Source of the DNA: Candidatus Naiadarchaeum limnaeum | GTDB lineage: Archaea > Undinarchaeota > Undinarchaeia > Undinarchaeales > Naiadarchaeaceae | NCBI GenBank assembly: GCA_014189685.1 | Contig: DVAB01000023.1 | Span: 15,346 to 79,345 of the forward strand | Length of the DNA stretch: 64,000 bases | Direction of reading: 5' to 3' | Shown here: positions 7,855-17,604 of the stretch, in pieces | How positions within the stretch are numbered: position 1 is the first letter of the stretch | Layout: each line of letters begins with the position of its first letter | Position numbers and translations under genes: made by a program | The notes under the pieces: generated by a model | Told to the model about the DNA's origin: nothing | The model's database searches: none | Seen by the model: the letters and a program-made list of their open reading frames with translations, nothing else

Positions 7855-9014
7855 TTTGCAAAAGAATTTATAATAACTTTACTCACAGTTTCAACTTCTT
7901 TCTCGTTTATTATGAGAGGCGGCAAAAGTCTAATTGTGCTCATCCCAGATGTTTGCGCCAAAACTCCATTTTTCAAAGAAAATCCTAATTGTTCCTTAAC
8001 AGGAAACCTTGACTCAACAGCGATCATTGCTCCAATTCCACGCACTTCGCGGATTTTTTCATTTCCATTCAACTGCTCAAGATTTTTTCTCAGCTTTTCT
8101 CCCATCTTTGCGCCTTTCTGTACTAATTTTTCTTTTTCTAGAACATCTAAACATGCAGTTCCTGCTGCACAAGCAAGTGCATTTCCTCCAAAAGTCGAAG
8201 CATGCTCACCAACTTCTAATTTATCAAAAATTTCTGTTCGCGCAGCGCAAAGTCCTATTGGAACTCCGCCTGCCAAACCTTTTGCAACTGTTAAAATATC
8301 AGGCTCAATTCCGAAAGTTTGTGCTGCAAAATAATTTCCGGTTCTTCCAAAAGTTTGTATCTCGTCCAGAATCATTAAAACTCCTTTTTCATCGCAAAGT
8401 TCGCGAACTTCTTTCAAATAGTTTCTGTCTGCGAGTACTACTCCTGCTTCTCCCTGAACAGCTTCTAAAATTACTCCTGCGGTTCTTTCTGTAATTGCAT
8501 TTCTTAGCTCATCAATATTGTTAAAGCTAACGTGGGTAAACCCCGGAACTAAAGGCTCAAAAGGCTTTCTATATTTTGGCCGAAATGTTGCGCTCAGCGC
8601 TCCGAGTGTGCGGCCATGAAACCCATTTTTCATTGCAATAAAGTCTGTTTTGCCAGTTGCTTTTCTTGCAAGTTTTATTGTGCACTCAACAGCCTCTGTT
8701 CCGCTATTTCCAAGAAATATTTTTGAATTTTTAATTGGCAAAATTTTTGTAATCTTTTCAGCAAAGTTTGCCCGCGCCTCTGAATAAAAAATTCCAGGGG
8801 TTGTTATAATTTTTTGCGCTTGCTCTGAAACAGCTTTTGCAATATCTTTATTTCCGTGCCCAAGCAGTGCAACCCCATTTCCTGTTACGCAATCGATGTA
8901 CTCTTTTCCATTTTTATCATAAACAATCGCACCGCTGCCGCGAACAATTTCAACATCCCTCTTTGCGTATGTGTTCGCAATTAAATTATCCTCAATTTCT
9001 TTGAAAGATTTCAT
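7851..9014 (-). CDS. argD: Acetylornithine / LysW-gamma-lysine aminotransferase (class III PLP aminotransferase)
   Basis: GNSGTEAVECTIKLARK, FHGRT, LDEIQTFGRTG and TVAKGLAGG are class III aminotransferase motifs. Operon context. Confidence 0.8.
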   Translation of the reverse strand: MKSFKEIEDNLIANTYAKRDVEIVRGSGAIVYDKNGKEYIDCVTGNGVALLGHGNKDIAKAVSEQAQKIITTPGIFYSEARANFAEKITKILPIKNSKIFLGNSGTEAVECTIKLARKATGKTDFIAMKNGFHGRTLGALSATFRPKYRKPFEPLVPGFTHVSFNNIDELRNAITERTAGVILEAVQGEAGVVLADRNYLKEVRELCDEKGVLMILDEIQTFGRTGNYFAAQTFGIEPDILTVAKGLAGGVPIGLCAARTEIFDKLEVGEHASTFGGNALACAAGTACLDVLEKEKLVQKGAKMGEKLRKNLEQLNGNEKIREVRGIGAMIAVESRFPVKEQLGFSLKNGVLAQTSGMSTIRLLPPLIINEKEVETVSKVIINSFAK

Positions 9015-9826
9015 TGTTCCACTACTGTTCCCTCTCCATCCAGAGCTTTTGCAATTGGATTTTCAACCACTCCACTTGCTATTACAAATCTTTTCACTCC
9101 AAATTCCATTGCTTCTTTTGCTGCAAGCAATTTCATTACCATTCCCCCTGAGACTTCTTTCATTTTCTGCTCCAACTGCTGAGCAGGAATGCGCCTTATT
9201 ACTTTTTTGTTTGAATCATAAACTCCTGGAACATCGCTAAAGTTCAAAACAATTTCAGCCCCAAGCTCTTTTGCAATAAAAGCAGCTGCTCTATCAGCAT
9301 TTACATTTACAATTTCATTTTGTTCAGTAAGAGCCATCGGCCCTATAACTGGAACAAACTTTCTTTCAATCAAATCAGCAAACCTTTTTTTATCAATGCC
9401 TGTAATCTTTCCAGTATAGTCTCCTTCAAGTATCATTTTTCTTCCACTCTCAATTATTTTTATTCTGTCTTTTCTCTGAGCGTAAATTGCATTGCTTAAA
9501 CCAATCGCAGTAATCCCTTCTTTTTTAAAAGTTGAAACAATTTCATTGTTCAAATCATTTGCAGCTCTGTTAAATATTTCAACAGTTTCTTTGTCAGTAT
9601 ATCTGCTTCTTATTCCCTGAACAGATATGACCCATCTAGGTTCTTTTCCTAATTTTCTTGTCAATTCATCAGCCTGGGGGCCAACTCCATGCACCAAAAC
9701 GCATGGCTCATTCAAACTCTTTAAATCCCTTGCAATATTTTCAATGCCGTCTGCAATGCTTCCCCCAACTTTAATAACAATAGTCATTTTCAGAAAATTA
9801 AATCGGGTGCAACCCAAAAAATTCAA
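9011..9826 (-). CDS. argB: Acetylglutamate kinase / LysZ (amino acid kinase family)
   Basis: MTIVIKVGGS...VLVHGVGPQ kinase N-terminus, about 270 aa. Operon context. Confidence 0.8.
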   Translation of the reverse strand: MNFLGCTRFNFLKMTIVIKVGGSIADGIENIARDLKSLNEPCVLVHGVGPQADELTRKLGKEPRWVISVQGIRSRYTDKETVEIFNRAANDLNNEIVSTFKKEGITAIGLSNAIYAQRKDRIKIIESGRKMILEGDYTGKITGIDKKRFADLIERKFVPVIGPMALTEQNEIVNVNADRAAAFIAKELGAEIVLNFSDVPGVYDSNKKVIRRIPAQQLEQKMKEVSGGMVMKLLAAKEAMEFGVKRFVIASGVVENPIAKALDGEGTVVEQ

Positions 9827-10844
9827 GCCCTTCTGTTTCTTTAAATCCAGAAATTATGTTCATTGCCTGAACTGCTTGTCCAGATGCGCCCTTCATTAAA
9901 TTATCAAGTGCGCTCATGACAACAAGCCTGTTTGAATTTTCATCGCGCTCAAAACCAACATCGCAATAATTTGTTCCGGTTAATAATTTTGGCTCAGGAT
10001 ATCTATAAATTCCATCTTTCTCTTTTACAATTCTTACAAAAGGCTCTCCTGAGTAATATTTTCTGTAAACTTGCCATATATCTTTTTCAGTTAAATTTTT
10101 ATTTAAGAAAACATGGCAAGTGCTTAAAATACCTCGGACTAAATCAACAGCATGTGGACTAAAAGAAATTACTGGCCTATTTCCATTAAAGTTTAGCTCC
10201 TGCTCCATTTCGCCCGTGTGCCTGTGGAAACTTGGCTTGTAAGCTCGAACAACATTTGCGCGCTCAGCATGCATATCTGCTAGGTCTGCTTTGCTCCCGC
10301 TTGCAGAACTTCCAACTTTTGAATCAACAACAATATGTTCTGTTTCAATTAAACCCTCTTTTGCTAATGGATATAGAGCAAGAATTGCACTTGTTGCTAA
10401 ACATCCTGCTCCTGAAATATAATTTGCCTTTTTCATCTCTTCCCTGTGTAATTCTGGAATTCCATAAACAAATTTTTCAATTAATTCAGGGCATTCGTGC
10501 TTGTGTCCATACCACTTCTCATATTCTTTTGGATTTTTTAATCTGAAATCTGCGCTCAAATCAACAATTTTCTCAGCATGCTTTATGTAAGTTCTCATAT
10601 TTTTCATTGCAACACCATGCGGAACTGCTGAAAAAATTAAATCGTAATTTCCAAGCTCTGAATTTTTTATGAATTTTAATTCAGTTTTTTTTCTTAGATT
10701 TGGATGCACCTTTGAAACAGAATGGCCCGCATTTGAATCAGAAGTTACAGCTTTAATATCAAATTCTGGCTGATTTAATCTTTTCCCCATTAAATTTCTG
10801 CCAGTATATCCACTTGCCCCGACAATTGCCACTTCAATGCTCAT
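9798..10844 (-). CDS. argC: N-acetyl-gamma-glutamyl-phosphate reductase / LysY
   Basis: [20 protein letters not shown] Rossmann N-terminus and catalytic-Cys region [13 protein letters not shown]. Confidence 0.8.
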   Translation of the reverse strand: MSIEVAIVGASGYTGRNLMGKRLNQPEFDIKAVTSDSNAGHSVSKVHPNLRKKTELKFIKNSELGNYDLIFSAVPHGVAMKNMRTYIKHAEKIVDLSADFRLKNPKEYEKWYGHKHECPELIEKFVYGIPELHREEMKKANYISGAGCLATSAILALYPLAKEGLIETEHIVVDSKVGSSASGSKADLADMHAERANVVRAYKPSFHRHTGEMEQELNFNGNRPVISFSPHAVDLVRGILSTCHVFLNKNLTEKDIWQVYRKYYSGEPFVRIVKEKDGIYRYPEPKLLTGTNYCDVGFERDENSNRLVVMSALDNLMKGASGQAVQAMNIISGFKETEGLEFFGLHPI

Positions 10845-11692
10845 CTTTTTGCTACCCTCAAAACATAATCGATAATTAATTTTGGAAGCTCAGGATTGCT
10901 CTTTATAGTATTTCTGAATTCAGGAGTGTGGTTTATTTCATGGACTAAAAATTCCCCTTCCTTTGCATTTTCCATTAAATCAACAGCTAGAACTCCCCCT
11001 CCAACAGCTTCTGAGGCTTTTGCACAAATTTCTTTTAACTCATTAGTTATTGGGCATGGCTCTGCTCCCCCTCCTCGAGCTGTATTTGTAATCCAGTGCT
11101 TAGAGATTCTGTAAATCGCTGCAACTACTTCATTGTCAATTACAAATGCTCTTATATCGCGGCCCGGTTTTTTTATATACTCCTGTATGTAGAAAACTGA
11201 GTGCACAAATTCCCCAAGGCTCTGCTTGTGTTCTAAGAGAGCTTCTGCTGCCTCTCTATCAGACGCTTTTGCAATCAATCTTCCCCAGCTTCCAGAAACC
11301 GGCTTTAGCACAACAGGATATCCAAACTCTTCAATTGCTTTTAGTGCGCTTTCTTGAGAAAACGCAATCACTGTTTTTGGAGTTGGTACGCCAGCTTTTT
11401 TTAAGAGTAAAGAGGTCCATGCTTTATCTCCACATATAGACGAAACTTTAAAGTTATTCACAGTTGGAACATTGCACTGCTCATAGCATGCGACTGAATA
11501 CAATCCGCGAATAAAAGAAATACTTCTGTTTAAAACAACATCAAACTGAATATTGCAAACTGCAGGATCAATATCGAAAGAACATTCTCTATCGTCCACC
11601 ATTGTAACTTTTGCATTTCTTTTTGCCAGTTCCTCAAGTAGCATTTTCTCTTCTTCTCTTATCCTCGAATATAGGAAGCCAACCTTTGTCAT
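10841..11692 (-). CDS. lysX: LysX / ArgX, RimK-type ATP-grasp ligase that loads the amino-acid precursor onto LysW
   Basis: ATP-grasp motifs ([22 protein letters not shown]). Size of about 283 aa. Sits between argC and the homoaconitase genes next to lysW. Confidence 0.75.
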   Translation of the reverse strand: MTKVGFLYSRIREEEKMLLEELAKRNAKVTMVDDRECSFDIDPAVCNIQFDVVLNRSISFIRGLYSVACYEQCNVPTVNNFKVSSICGDKAWTSLLLKKAGVPTPKTVIAFSQESALKAIEEFGYPVVLKPVSGSWGRLIAKASDREAAEALLEHKQSLGEFVHSVFYIQEYIKKPGRDIRAFVIDNEVVAAIYRISKHWITNTARGGGAEPCPITNELKEICAKASEAVGGGVLAVDLMENAKEGEFLVHEINHTPEFRNTIKSNPELPKLIIDYVLRVAKR

Positions 11693-12177
11693 AATTTGAA
11701 TCCTTTGTTTTTCTTTATGTGCGCAATCAAACCGCCATCATTTAGAATTTCAAGCATTACAGGCGGAAGTGCAAACGCTTTTAATTTATTTCCTCTTGTT
11801 TGATTATTAATTATCCCATTTTCTAAATAAACTTCTAATTCGTCTCCGTCGTTTATTTGAGAAGTATCAGCTTCTAAAATTGGCAATCCGATATTTATTG
11901 CATTTCTATAGAAAATTCTTGCAAAACTTTGTGCTATCACAGCTTTTACTCCTAAATGTTTTAGAACAATTGCAGCATATTCCCTACTAGAGCCTGTTCC
12001 AAAACCAATTCCTCCTGCAACGAAATCTCCCTGCTTTACATTTTTTGCAAAATCAGGATTAACATCGATTAAAGTGTATTTAGCAAGCTCATCCAAATTG
12101 TTTCTTAAGTGATAAACTCTGCCAGGGCAGAGCAAATCTGTGCTTATATTATCTCCAAATTTCCAAACTCTTCCCAT
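11689..12177 (-). CDS. Homoaconitase / 3-isopropylmalate dehydratase small subunit (LeuD family)
   Basis: [22 protein letters not shown] is a LeuD-type N-terminus. Paired with the large subunit. Confidence 0.75.
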   Translation of the reverse strand: MGRVWKFGDNISTDLLCPGRVYHLRNNLDELAKYTLIDVNPDFAKNVKQGDFVAGGIGFGTGSSREYAAIVLKHLGVKAVIAQSFARIFYRNAINIGLPILEADTSQINDGDELEVYLENGIINNQTRGNKLKAFALPPVMLEILNDGGLIAHIKKNKGFKL

Positions 12178-12178
12178 T

Positions 12179-13435
12179 TTACAAATACTCCCGCGGGTCT
12201 GTTATTATTCCCTCAATTATTGTTGCAGCTGCTGTTGCAGGACTGCCAAGATAAACTGAAGCATTTGGATTTCCCATTCTTCCCTTATAATTTCTATTCT
12301 GCGTTGAAAGACAAACCTCTCCATCCCCTAAAATTCCTGCATGAATTCCAGGGCAGGCTCCGCATCCTGGCGCTGTAACAACTCCACCTGTTTCCATGAA
12401 TATATTCACTAAGCCTTCTTTTGCAGCTTGCATGTAAACCTCTGCAGATGCAGGGCAAACAATAAATCTAGTTCCTTTTGCTCTTTGTTCGCCTTTTAAA
12501 ATTTTTGCAGCTATTCTTAAATCTTCAATTCTTCCGTTTGTGCAAGTCCCAATATAAACTTGATTTACTTTCACTTCTCCAATTTCTGAAATTTTTTTAA
12601 CATTTGCAACTGAATGCGGAGCCGCAACAACTGGTTCTAACCCACTTGCATTTATTTCAATTACTCTTTCATAATTTGCATTTTCATCAGCTCTAATTTC
12701 CCTGAACTGATTTTCACGGTCGTGTGCTTTCAAATAAGTTCTTGCAGTTTTATCTGTTTCAATCAATCCAACTTTTCCTCCTGCCTCAACCGCCATGTTG
12801 CTCAGTGTAAATCGAGATTCCATTGAAAGATTTTTAATCGTGCTTCCTCTGTATTCAAGAGATTTGTAATTCGCTCCATCCTCCCCAAGCATTCCAATCA
12901 AAGTTAGTATGATATCTTTTGAGTAAACACCTTTTGATAATTTTCCATCAACTTGTACTCTAATTGTTTCTGGAACCCTAAGCCAAGTTTTTCCCAAATG
13001 CATTGCAACTGCAACATCTGTACTCCCCATTCCTGTTGCAAAGCAAGAAAGTGCTCCTGCTGTAACTGTGTGTGAATCTCCTCCAATTAAAACAGTTCCA
13101 GGCATAGCATAATTCTCAACTAAAACCTGATGGCAAATTCCGCTTCCAGCCTCGTGGAATTTTGACCCTGTTTTTTCTGTGAATTGTCTTAGAACAACCT
13201 GAGCATTTGCCAATTCAGCCCGTGCTGCCGGAGCGCTATGGTCAACAAAGAAAATTGTATTTTTCGGGTTTGAGAGATTAAACTGATTGTCCTCTATTCT
13301 TTTTATTGCCAAAGGCCCGCTTCCATCATGGGCCATGGTTGTTCTAATTTTAGCTATTACTATGTCTCCTGCTCTCGCATTCTTTTTTGTGAGAGAGTTT
13401 GCACTGAGTATTTTTTCAGCTAATGTTTGTTCCAT
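12179..13435 (-). CDS. Homoaconitase / 3-isopropylmalate dehydratase large subunit (aconitase family)
   Basis: GICHQVLVEN, GGDSHT, GTCTNGRIEDL and CPGCGACPG Fe-S cluster ligand motifs. Confidence 0.8.
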   Translation of the reverse strand: MEQTLAEKILSANSLTKKNARAGDIVIAKIRTTMAHDGSGPLAIKRIEDNQFNLSNPKNTIFFVDHSAPAARAELANAQVVLRQFTEKTGSKFHEAGSGICHQVLVENYAMPGTVLIGGDSHTVTAGALSCFATGMGSTDVAVAMHLGKTWLRVPETIRVQVDGKLSKGVYSKDIILTLIGMLGEDGANYKSLEYRGSTIKNLSMESRFTLSNMAVEAGGKVGLIETDKTARTYLKAHDRENQFREIRADENANYERVIEINASGLEPVVAAPHSVANVKKISEIGEVKVNQVYIGTCTNGRIEDLRIAAKILKGEQRAKGTRFIVCPASAEVYMQAAKEGLVNIFMETGGVVTAPGCGACPGIHAGILGDGEVCLSTQNRNYKGRMGNPNASVYLGSPATAAATIIEGIITDPREYL

Positions 13436-13450
13436 AATCTATAATGAAAA

Positions 13451-13615
13451 TTATTCTCCCCAATCTTCTCCAGCAACTTCTGCAACTCTTAATTCTCCTG
13501 ATTGCGGATTCACAACTTCAAGCTCCACCCCACATTCTGGGCAATCAATTATTTCACCCTTCATTGCTCCGTTTGGAATATTTATTTGAGCTCCGCATTC
13601 AATGCATTCTGTCAA
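13451..13615 (-). CDS. lysW: LysW amino-group carrier protein (54 aa, TTG start), not present in the supplied ORF track
   Basis: Reverse-strand translation gives (M)TECIECGAQINIPNGAMKGEIIDCPECGVELEVVNPQSGELRVAEVAGEDWGE*. Two CxxC pairs and the diagnostic C-terminal EDWGE. The start abuts the homocitrate synthase stop. Confidence 0.65.
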   Translation of the reverse strand: MTECIECGAQINIPNGAMKGEIIDCPECGVELEVVNPQSGELRVAEVAGEDWGE

Positions 13616-13616
13616 C

Positions 13617-14738
13617 TCAAATCACCTCATCCTTTCTTATTTTTTCAACTAACAAAACTAGTTCTGAATCTCCAATCTCCCCGCTTGTTTCTGCAGCCTC
13701 TCTAACACTTTCCGCAAGCATAGATATTTGCTCTTCCTGCAATTTTATCCCTAATTCGTTAAGCTTATGCCTTATTAAGTTTTTGCCACTAAATTTTCCC
13801 AATACCAATCTCCTCTTATTTCCAACAGATTCTGGGGGAACTGGCTCATAAGCGTGCGGATTTTTTAGAACAGCTGCTGTGTGAATTCCTGCTGTATGAG
13901 TAAAAGCATGTCTTCCAACTATTGGAGATCGGTTGCTTAAAGGAATTCCACTTGCTTCTGCAACATATTCTGAAATTTCCTTTAGCATTTCTGTTTTCAC
14001 ATCTAATTGAACATTGTAAGCATATTTCAAAGCCATCACAGTCTCTGCTAACGGGCATATTCCAACTCTCTCCCCAAGCCCGTTAACTGTACACTGAATC
14101 TGGTCAGCGCCTGCCTGCACTCCTGCAATTGCATTTGCAATCGCTAATCCAAAATCATTGTGGCAGTGCAAGTCTATTCCAACTTTTAAGTATTGCAGAC
14201 TTTCAACCAGTTGTACTATTTTTTGCGGAGTTGCAATTCCAACAGTATCTGTAATGCTTATTCTGTCGGCCCCGGCGTTTACAGCTTTTTCAATTATTCT
14301 TCTCCAGACATCGTTTGGTGTTCTTGAAGAATCCTCTGGGGTAAATCTAACTTTCAGGCCCCTGTTTAGTGCATAAGATATTGAGTTAACTAAAATTTCC
14401 TCTAGATATTCTCTAGTTACGTTTAATTTGCTCTCAATCTGGATATCGGATGTTGGCATGTTAATTACAACGCGATCGCAGCCAGCTTCTGCAACAGCAT
14501 CTATATCCTCAGTCTTTGCTCTTGCATATCCAAGTGTCTCAAAATCATATCCCAATTCGCAAATGGCTTTTGAGGCTTCCATAGCACCCTTAGAACTTGA
14601 TGGAAATCCAACTTCTATTGAATTAACTCCAAACCCTCCAAGCAAGCTTGCAATTTTTATTTTCTGCTCTATGCTGAAAGCTACCCCGGGTGTTTGCTCT
14701 CCCTCGCGCAGTGTAGTATCCAATATCATAACCTTCAT
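13617..14738 (-). CDS. Homocitrate synthase (short LeuA/NifV-family, no LeuA regulatory domain)
   Basis: ILDTTLREGEQTPGV, HCHNDFGLA and HTAGIHT DRE-TIM motifs in 373 aa. First gene of the LysW operon. Confidence 0.7.
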   Translation of the reverse strand: MKVMILDTTLREGEQTPGVAFSIEQKIKIASLLGGFGVNSIEVGFPSSSKGAMEASKAICELGYDFETLGYARAKTEDIDAVAEAGCDRVVINMPTSDIQIESKLNVTREYLEEILVNSISYALNRGLKVRFTPEDSSRTPNDVWRRIIEKAVNAGADRISITDTVGIATPQKIVQLVESLQYLKVGIDLHCHNDFGLAIANAIAGVQAGADQIQCTVNGLGERVGICPLAETVMALKYAYNVQLDVKTEMLKEISEYVAEASGIPLSNRSPIVGRHAFTHTAGIHTAAVLKNPHAYEPVPPESVGNKRRLVLGKFSGKNLIRHKLNELGIKLQEEQISMLAESVREAAETSGEIGDSELVLLVEKIRKDEVI

Positions 14739-14834
14739 AGAACTCTAAAATGTGGGCAAAAAGCTATATATAAGTATTGTACAAAATCTATATAAATAAG
14801 ACAATATTGTTAAAAATTAATATATTTTGTTAAA

Positions 14835-15512
14835 ATGACTGAAAAAAAAAGCATTTCGCGCGCAGTGGAGAAATTTATTCTAGACGAACCACTGCTGGAG
14901 GATTTTCTTGCACGTAATTTAATTAACCAGAGTGCTCTTGCTCGAACTTTAATCCCTCGCGTAGAGAAAGAAATTGGGCAGAAAGTAAAGCCACAAGCTG
15001 TTATAATGGCAGTCAAAAGATTTGCAGCAGACTCGAAGGAACATATTCAAACTAAAAAAATGCGCGAAGTTCTTGGAAAAAGCACGATTAATTTGAAGAG
15101 TGGAATAGCAGATATCGCAGTTGAGAAAACAGATGGGCTTTTTAGTTTGCTTGAGGACTTAACAAGGAAAGTAAAAACACACCGAGGCGAAGTTTTGAGT
15201 GTTGTTGAAGGCCAAACAGAAGCAGCAATTATAACTGAAGAAAAATATGTTGACGATATAATCAAAAAATTGCCGAAAAAGTCTGTTCTAAAAGTCGAGC
15301 GAAACATTGTGGATTTGCATCTCCTTTGCCCCCCGGACTTTTGGAACGCTCCTGGAATAATTTATTTTGTCACAAAAAGACTTGCGCTTTCAAATATAAA
15401 CATAATTGATCTGCTCACAACTCCAACTGAATTTTCAATTTTAGTTAGAAAGGAAGATGCTTCAAGAGCATTTGAATCAATTAGTAATTTGATTGAGGAG
15501 TGCAAAGCATGA
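14835..15512 (+). CDS. Conserved hypothetical protein, possibly an ACT-domain regulator
   Basis: 225 aa ORF with no strong motifs. Preceded by an AT-rich TATA-containing intergenic region. The stop overlaps the rnhB start. Confidence 0.3.
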   Translation: MTEKKSISRAVEKFILDEPLLEDFLARNLINQSALARTLIPRVEKEIGQKVKPQAVIMAVKRFAADSKEHIQTKKMREVLGKSTINLKSGIADIAVEKTDGLFSLLEDLTRKVKTHRGEVLSVVEGQTEAAIITEEKYVDDIIKKLPKKSVLKVERNIVDLHLLCPPDFWNAPGIIYFVTKRLALSNINIIDLLTTPTEFSILVRKEDASRAFESISNLIEECKA

Positions 15513-16177
15513 AAATATTGGGTATAGATGAAGCCGGCCGCGGAGCAGTAATTGGACCGCTTGTGATTTGCGGCGCTTTAATTGATGAAAATAAGTTGAG
15601 CGAATTAGTTAAGCTCAAAGTCAAGGATTCTAAACTGCTCACAGAAAACCAGCGTGATATATTAGCTCCTCAAATCCGTATAGTTTTGCATGCCTATGAG
15701 ATAGTTAAGATAAGTCCAAAAGAAATCGATTCGCAAAGAAATAGTGGAATTTCTCTAAACGATATTGAAGCTGAAAAAATGGCGCATCTGATAAATGAGT
15801 ACAAGCCAGACATTGTTTATGTCGATGCAATAGATTCTGACTTGAAAACTTTTCGCGCGCGCATGAACAAATTTTTGCGTTTCACTCCAAAAAAATCTAT
15901 TTTTGAGCACAAAGCAGATGTAAAATACCCAATAGTTTCTGCTGCAAGCATTTTAGCGAAAGTTGAAAGAGACGAAGATGTAAAAGCTCTCGAGTTGAAT
16001 TACGGAACAATTGGCTCAGGGTATCCTTCTGATCCGATCACAGTAAGCTTTTTAAAGGACTGGCTAGAAGAACATGGAAAGCTTCCTGTTGAAATTATAA
16101 GAGAAACTTGGAGCACAGCCGAAGCATTTAAAACAAAGGGAAAACAAAAAAGCCTGCAAGATTGGCTTTCAAAATAA
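15500..16177 (+). CDS. rnhB: Ribonuclease HII
   Basis: MKILGIDEAGRGAVIGPLVICG and DSK motifs typical of RNase HII. Confidence 0.85.
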   Translation: MQSMKILGIDEAGRGAVIGPLVICGALIDENKLSELVKLKVKDSKLLTENQRDILAPQIRIVLHAYEIVKISPKEIDSQRNSGISLNDIEAEKMAHLINEYKPDIVYVDAIDSDLKTFRARMNKFLRFTPKKSIFEHKADVKYPIVSAASILAKVERDEDVKALELNYGTIGSGYPSDPITVSFLKDWLEEHGKLPVEIIRETWSTAEAFKTKGKQKSLQDWLSK

Positions 16178-16470
16178 TGGATATCACACTTGAGCAAAAA
16201 TCAACCGCAGTTCATGTTGTAATTGGAATTGTAATTGGCTTAGTCTCAGGATTTATGACAAAGGATCCCTATCAAATTGGGAACGGAGGAATTTTGTTGT
16301 TTATGCTAGGAATTTTAGCACTTGTTTATTTTGTTTCGCAAAGAATTTTCAACCTGCGCGGCCAGGAAACCACAGATAAAAAATACGGCGCAAAGTGGTA
16401 TTTATCAAACGGAGTTTATCCATATGCAATTTTTTGGCTGCTCGCGTGGTTAATAATTTATAATATTTGA
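16162..16470 (+). CDS. Small membrane protein (2-3 TM)
   Basis: Hydrophobic segments VVIGIVIGLVSGF and ILLFMLGILALVYFV. Confidence 0.3.
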   Translation: MAFKIMDITLEQKSTAVHVVIGIVIGLVSGFMTKDPYQIGNGGILLFMLGILALVYFVSQRIFNLRGQETTDKKYGAKWYLSNGVYPYAIFWLLAWLIIYNI

Positions 16471-16473
16471 GAA

Positions 16474-16935
16474 TTATTTCTTTTCTTCATCCTGAGTTCT
16501 AATATTTATCAATCCCTCTGGCGGCTTGCTCTCATCAACCGTTTCAACTTTTTTCACAATTGTTGCCGCGGCCAATTTTGGCGGCGGGAAATATTTTTCA
16601 ACAGCCTCGTTCCTTTCGCCCCACGGATCAAGAATAAAAAATTCAGTTCCAGGTGTTTCGACTTGCAATTTTGCCTTTTGAATTTTTTCCAAATCTTTTC
16701 CTGTTATTCCAACTACGCGTGCCTTAAATTTTTCAAAAAGTTTCCTAACATCGTGCTCAAACTTTTCTCCGTACTTCCAGCTGCGTTTTGCGAGAAAACC
16801 TTTTTGAGCCTCTTTCTGATATTGCAAAACCTCAGTAAGGCTCATTAACTGCAATCTTATGCCTAATTTTTTTACCTCTCCTGTGAAAGTGTAGCCTGCG
16901 TTGAAGATTAAGAGATATTTTTCCATATTGAGCGG
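16474..16935 (-). CDS. Hypothetical protein
   Basis: The ORF was trimmed to the internal MPLNMEKY start because the upstream part (MCRCHFEF...) looks like read-through. No recognised motif. Confidence 0.3.
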   Translation of the reverse strand, partial: PLNMEKYLLIFNAGYTFTGEVKKLGIRLQLMSLTEVLQYQKEAQKGFLAKRSWKYGEKFEHDVRKLFEKFKARVVGITGKDLEKIQKAKLQVETPGTEFFILDPWGERNEAVEKYFPPPKLAAATIVKKVETVDESKPPEGLINIRTQDEEKK

Positions 16936-16986
16936 CATATAATAAATTGCGGGGTATATTAAGGTTTTGAAAAAGAATTTATATTT

Positions 16987-17559
16987 ATGAATAGTAATAT
17001 GGTTATTATGAACAAGAGGGCAGAGGGAAAGTTCAATAATTTGTTTGTTTTTTTTCAGCGCGTTTGCTACTTCTGGACTCGCGAATTCGAAATGACACCG
17101 GCACATTTAGTGACTGCTGCGGAAAAGGCATTCAGCAAATCTGGAAAAATAAAAGAAGCTTCCGTTCGAATATCAGAATTAGATAGAGCAGTTGGTTTCT
17201 ACTTACTTGCATCTTTTAAGATAGCTTTCGAGGAAAAGCTAGATATAAAAAAGCTCAAAGAAATTCTTTTGGCCACATTTACAATTGTTAATAATGAGTC
17301 AATTCCAACTATTGAAGTTGTGATAAATCAAGTAGCTGGAATAGATATACGCCGCTATACTCCAAAAACCGACGAAGAATTGTTACTTGAGGAGTTAAGA
17401 AAAGAAGATGACAAAAAAAGAAATGCAAAAGAACTGCGCGAAGAACTTATTCAATTAGACAACCTAAAAATTGCTCTGAAATTCTTTTTGCGCAATCTGT
17501 CTCAATTTGTTGCTCTTGCTAAACAGCGCAGAATAAAAATTCTCCAATCTGGTTATTAG
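16987..17559 (+). CDS. Hypothetical protein (start uncertain; the alternative is Met at 17092)
   Basis: 190 aa ORF with a charged coiled-coil-like C-terminal half. No motif recognised. Confidence 0.25.
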   Translation: MNSNMVIMNKRAEGKFNNLFVFFQRVCYFWTREFEMTPAHLVTAAEKAFSKSGKIKEASVRISELDRAVGFYLLASFKIAFEEKLDIKKLKEILLATFTIVNNESIPTIEVVINQVAGIDIRRYTPKTDEELLLEELRKEDDKKRNAKELREELIQLDNLKIALKFFLRNLSQFVALAKQRRIKILQSGY

Positions 17560-17604
17560 CTAACGAAGTAATTAATAAATACCTTAACTTGTTACTATCC
17601 TTCT

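Noticed and set aside
8009-8494. 161-aa Leu-rich plus-strand ORF inside argD
   Set aside because: It is antisense to the class-III aminotransferase gene. The leucine-rich composition is typical of the reverse frame of an AT-rich gene.
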